Shown here: positions 60,599 through 64,000 of the stretch, in pieces
Layout of the letters: the number at the start of each line of letters is the position of its first letter
Numbering within the stretch: position 1 is the stretch's first letter
Source of the DNA: a bacterium
GTDB lineage: Bacteria; UBA8248; JACPRG01; G963555815
DNA: 64,000 nucleotides
NCBI GenBank assembly: GCA_965261595.1
Contig: CBDHDG010000002.1
Location: 192,001 to 256,000 of the forward strand
Reading direction: 5' to 3'
Made by a program: the position numbers and the translations under genes
Notes under the pieces: generated by a model
Told to the model about the DNA's origin: nothing
The model's input: only the letters and a program-made list of their open reading frames with translations
Databases searched by the model: none

Positions 60599-61759
60599 CT
60601 ACCGCGTCCTCCCCCTCGCCGCGACGGGCCAGACGGTCTCCACCAGACCGTCGCGTCCCGCATAGACGGTGTCGTACAAGTTCACGGTGGGGCAGATGTG
60701 CGTCGGGATGACCCGGACCTTATCGCCGATTCGTTTCCCCGAAGAATTCTCCACCTGAATCACCCCGTGCTCGTCGGACAGGCCGGTGATGACGGCGCCG
60801 GGTTCATCCTCGACGATGCCGAGGCCCTTCGTGTGAAGGAGGGTTCCTTCCGGCCGCTTGTCGATGCTGAGGGCCTTGGCCCCGGCGTCGATGATCCACC
60901 GGTCCGGAGCGGGGCGGTTGATGATAGTCGTCAGGACGGAGGCCGCGCACCAGTCCGTGTGGCCGAGGATTCCGGCCATCGCGGCGTCGCAGAAGATGTA
61001 TGTCCCGGCCCGGATCTCGTCGATCCCCGGAAGGTAGCCGGCGTCCGCGCCGTTCATCATCGTCCCATACAGCGACGGCGTGGAGCCCACGCTGACCCGG
61101 CAGGCCCGCCCCGTCGCCGCTCGGATGGCATCGGCCGCTTCCACCATGAACGTCTGCGCCTTCAGGGCGGACGCGGCCAGGTCCTCGGGCGAAGACGCCT
61201 CGTAATCCTGCCCCTCGTGCGTAAAGATCCCCCGAAGACGGAGTTGGGGGAGGGCGTGGACGAGCTCTGCGACCCGGATCGCCTCCCGCGTCGTCGGCCT
61301 TCCCTGACGGCCCTGTCCGGTGTCCACCTCGATCAGCACGTCGAGCGGGCGCTCCTCGTCCCGGAACGCGGCGGAGAGGATTTCCGCGTGCTCGGGCAGG
61401 TCCACGCCCACGGCCATGCGGCATGAGCGGGCCAGGTCGCGGAGGCGGCGCAGCTTGGGCTCGCCGACGATGAGGTGAGCGATGAAGATGTCCCGCACGC
61501 CGGCCCCGGCCATGACCTCGGCCTCGCCCAGCTTGGCCGCCGTGACGCCGACGGCCCCGGCCGCGACCTGGAGGTGGGCGATGGGCGGCATCTTGTGCGT
61601 CTTGACGTGGGGGCGCAGCTCGAACCCGGCCGAGTCCGCCAGCGACGCGGCCCGCCGGATGTTTTCGTCCATGCGATCCAGGTCGATGTAGAGGGCCGGG
61701 GTGTCGAGCTCGGCGGCCGGCCGGCCGATGATCAGCGCGTCCCGAATCGGTTCGGACAT
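60599..61759 (-). CDS. D-threonine aldolase/DSD1-family PLP-dependent enzyme
   Basis: ELDTPALYID, LRPHVKTHK, IEVDTG, SVGSTP, EIRAGTYIFCD, LSDEHG, HICPTVNL. Confidence 0.88.
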   Translation of the reverse strand: MSEPIRDALIIGRPAAELDTPALYIDLDRMDENIRRAASLADSAGFELRPHVKTHKMPPIAHLQVAAGAVGVTAAKLGEAEVMAGAGVRDIFIAHLIVGEPKLRRLRDLARSCRMAVGVDLPEHAEILSAAFRDEERPLDVLIEVDTGQGRQGRPTTREAIRVAELVHALPQLRLRGIFTHEGQDYEASSPEDLAASALKAQTFMVEAADAIRAATGRACRVSVGSTPSLYGTMMNGADAGYLPGIDEIRAGTYIFCDAAMAGILGHTDWCAASVLTTIINRPAPDRWIIDAGAKALSIDKRPEGTLLHTKGLGIVEDEPGAVITGLSDEHGVIQVENSSGKRIGDKVRVIPTHICPTVNLYDTVYAGRDGLVETVWPVAARGRTR

Positions 61760-61802
61760 TTTCCGGCTTCCCGGGTTCCGGGGAGAGGAGGGTGGAAGGG
61801 GA

Positions 61803-62780
61803 TCAGTGGGCTTCGACGCCCGGATAATACAGATCCGGCTTCGCCGCGTGGGCCGCGCCGATGATGTCCTCCACCGAGGAGAGGCCCCGCCCGGCCAGGT
61901 AGTCCCGGATGCCCTCGATGATCTTCGGCATGACCATCGGGTCGTAGAAGTTGGCCGTGCCGACCTGGACGGCGCGCGCGCCCGCCAGGAGATACTCGAT
62001 GGCGTCCCGGGCGTTCTCGATTCCTCCGCAGCCGATGACCGGCGCGCCCAGTTTCTCGACCACCAGCCAGATGTGGCGGACGACCAGGGGCCGGATGGCG
62101 GGTCCCGAAAGCCCCCCGCTCGTGAAGCCCAGGACCGGGCGCTGGGTGTCGATGTCGATGGACATGGCCGGGTAGGTGTTGGCGATGCACAGGGCGTCCG
62201 CGCCGCCTTCCATCGCCGCCGCGGCCATCTCCACGATATCCGTGACGGCCGGTCCGAGCTTGGAGATGATCGGGATCCGGGTGGCCGCCTTGCACATCTT
62301 CGTGACCAGATGCATGGACTCGGCGCTGTTGGCGAAGGGGGCGGCCTCGGCGTGGTTGGGGCAGGAGAGGTCGAGCTCGATGGCGGCGATCCCCTCCTGG
62401 GCGTCGAGCTTCCGGGCGGCCCGCTGAAAGTCGTCCTCCGACAGCCCGCCGATGCTGGCGATGACCGCCGCGCCGGTTTCCCGCATGAAGGGGAGCTGCT
62501 CGTCGATGAACTGCTCCGCGCCCTTGGAGGGGGTCCCGATGGCGTTGAGCATCCCCGCGGGCGTCTCCTGGACCCGGTCGGGGGAGTTGCCCGGCCGGAC
62601 CCGGTCCATGAACGTCTTGTTGACGATTCCCCCGAGGACGGAGAGGTCATAGGCGTGGGCGAACTCGCGGCCGTAATTGAAGCAGCCCGAGGCCGGCATG
62701 ACCGGATTTTTGAGCCGGATGGGTCCGAGGGTGGTCGCCAGGCCGGGGACCGCGGCGTCGGGATTTCGCGCGTCGCTCAT
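61803..62780 (-). CDS. pyrD: Dihydroorotate dehydrogenase family 1B-like catalytic subunit (atypical active site)
   Basis: LKNPVMPASG, MLNAIG, LSCPN, GGLSGPAIRP, GARAVQVGTA; ATG overlaps the pyrK stop. Confidence 0.8.
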   Translation of the reverse strand: MSDARNPDAAVPGLATTLGPIRLKNPVMPASGCFNYGREFAHAYDLSVLGGIVNKTFMDRVRPGNSPDRVQETPAGMLNAIGTPSKGAEQFIDEQLPFMRETGAAVIASIGGLSEDDFQRAARKLDAQEGIAAIELDLSCPNHAEAAPFANSAESMHLVTKMCKAATRIPIISKLGPAVTDIVEMAAAAMEGGADALCIANTYPAMSIDIDTQRPVLGFTSGGLSGPAIRPLVVRHIWLVVEKLGAPVIGCGGIENARDAIEYLLAGARAVQVGTANFYDPMVMPKIIEGIRDYLAGRGLSSVEDIIGAAHAAKPDLYYPGVEAH

Positions 62781-63646
62781 GGGTGATTGCCCCAATCCAG
62801 AATGACGGACTCCGCCGGGAAGGCCGGGCCCTCCATGCAAACGAGGCCGTAGCGGAAACCCCCGCCGGGGGTGAGGAGCGGGGCCGCGCAGCCGACGCAG
62901 ACGCCCGTGCCGCAGGCCATCCGGTATTCCAGAAAGACGAACCCGCGGACTTTGCCGTTCGCCGTGGCGTCCCGCACCGAGCGCGCCATCCGACGGGAGC
63001 CGCACGTGAAGAGAGCCCCGAGGCGGCCCGCCTGGAGCCAGGCGTCCATGACTTCCCCCGGTTTTCCGGCTGAATCCCCCCCCCCCGCCTCGTCGGTCAC
63101 GGTGACGATTTCCGCCCCCAGGCCGCGCAATTCGGCTACGCCCAGGAGGAGCCGCTTCTCCCGGGCCGAGACCAGCCCATGGCAGGGCAGGCCGAGCGCC
63201 GCACATTCCTGGGCAATGCGGACCATGGGGGTGACGCCCGCCCCCCGGGCGATGAACCCGACGCCCGGCGCGCATTTCGCGAGATCCAGCCGGGCGCCGG
63301 ACGGGCCGAGCACATCGATCGGGGCGTCCGGCCTCAGGCCCGCGAGGGCTTCGGTCCCGGGTCCCTTGGTCTTGATGAGGACCTCGAAAGTCCCCCGGTC
63401 CGGGTGCGTCCGGTACACGTCGAAAGGGCGGGGCAGGAGCGTGCCGTCCCCCCTCTTCGGCCGGAGCATGACGAACTGCCCCGCGCCCGTCCACCGGGCC
63501 GAATGCGGGGCCTCGATTTCCAGCAGCCAATATTTTTCCACGATGTGATCGCACCGGACCATCCGCCCTTCCTCCGCCCGCCACCGGGCTTCCGGCGGGA
63601 GGTTGTAGGGGGGGGTGGAGATCGAGTGATTCGGATTTTCGGCCAT
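62777..63646 (-). CDS. pyrK: Dihydroorotate dehydrogenase electron-transfer subunit
   Basis: GQFVML, LPRPF, TCGS, LEYRMACGTGVCVGC...VCMEGPAF. Confidence 0.85.
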   Translation of the reverse strand: MAENPNHSISTPPYNLPPEARWRAEEGRMVRCDHIVEKYWLLEIEAPHSARWTGAGQFVMLRPKRGDGTLLPRPFDVYRTHPDRGTFEVLIKTKGPGTEALAGLRPDAPIDVLGPSGARLDLAKCAPGVGFIARGAGVTPMVRIAQECAALGLPCHGLVSAREKRLLLGVAELRGLGAEIVTVTDEAGGGDSAGKPGEVMDAWLQAGRLGALFTCGSRRMARSVRDATANGKVRGFVFLEYRMACGTGVCVGCAAPLLTPGGGFRYGLVCMEGPAFPAESVILDWGNHP

Positions 63647-63831
63647 ACGGTCCCTCTACTTGGGGGAAGGGGAGACCTCGCCCGGACAATTCCGGACAGA
63701 ATCTCCCATCTTTCCGTACTTTATCAGGAAAGGGTTATTTTTAGACCAATTGCGACTTTGCGTCAAGGAGGGCGGCTCATTGGCCGGGATGGATCGCGTC
63801 CTGACGGAGCGCGGGCGGGCAAGGGCTTGGG

Positions 63832-64000
63832 TCAGGACCGCCGGGCTTCGGCGTGGGCCTTTTCCAGGCCCTGGATGAAATCGGCGATGCGTGAGGCGGC
63901 GTCGGGGGTCGGGGCGTCGGCGGATTCCAGGAGCGCATCGAGGTACGTCTCGGCGGCCCGTCCGGTATCCGTGATCACGGGATAGCCATACGTCGCGCCG
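63832..64000 (-). CDS. 3' end of a CDS entering from outside the window (possibly Hpt-domain)
   Basis: GATYGYPVITDTGRAAETYL...AEARRS*; GxxYGYPxIT resembles the segment after the Hpt His. Confidence 0.45.
   Translation of the reverse strand, partial: GATYGYPVITDTGRAAETYLDALLESADAPTPDAASRIADFIQGLEKAHAEARRS

Noticed and set aside
60599..63689. 683-aa and 628-aa ORFs as fusion proteins
   Set aside because: Their N-terminal extensions overlap upstream genes in another frame; the real starts are 61759 and 62780. The same applies to the 988-aa ORF at 34954-37920.

Overview
High-GC bacterial chromosomal window. Housekeeping genes flank it: tupB/tupC, hemL, an ftsB-like gene and initiator tRNA-Met on the left; leuA, mnmA, queC and pyrK/pyrD-like genes on the right. 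Between them lies about 50 kb of accessory, partly decaying DNA. This includes a degraded ~4 kb integrative element at tRNA-fMet, an acetophenone-carboxylase-like apcABCDE operon with three inactivating lesions, and five near-identical copies of one 1404-bp IS3-family element with unusual TC...CA ends. One low-GC secreted-protein gene is split by successive IS insertions and can be reassembled from the target-site duplications. Also present are a RAYT-type HUH transposase remnant with its own terminal motif, a xanthine-oxidase-family Mo-hydroxylase plus amidohydrolase operon, a sigma-54 activator/promoter/target module, and a CoA-dependent catabolic cluster with tandem UbiD paralogs, one carrying Glu->Gln in the catalytic motif. 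The most notable item missed by the ORF track is a probable AhpD/CMD-like selenoprotein (CxxU, in-frame TGA followed by a SECIS-like hairpin, 30902-32032). An AT-rich DnaA-box cluster between leuA and mnmA is a candidate replication origin. All product calls are from motif recognition only; no searches were run.
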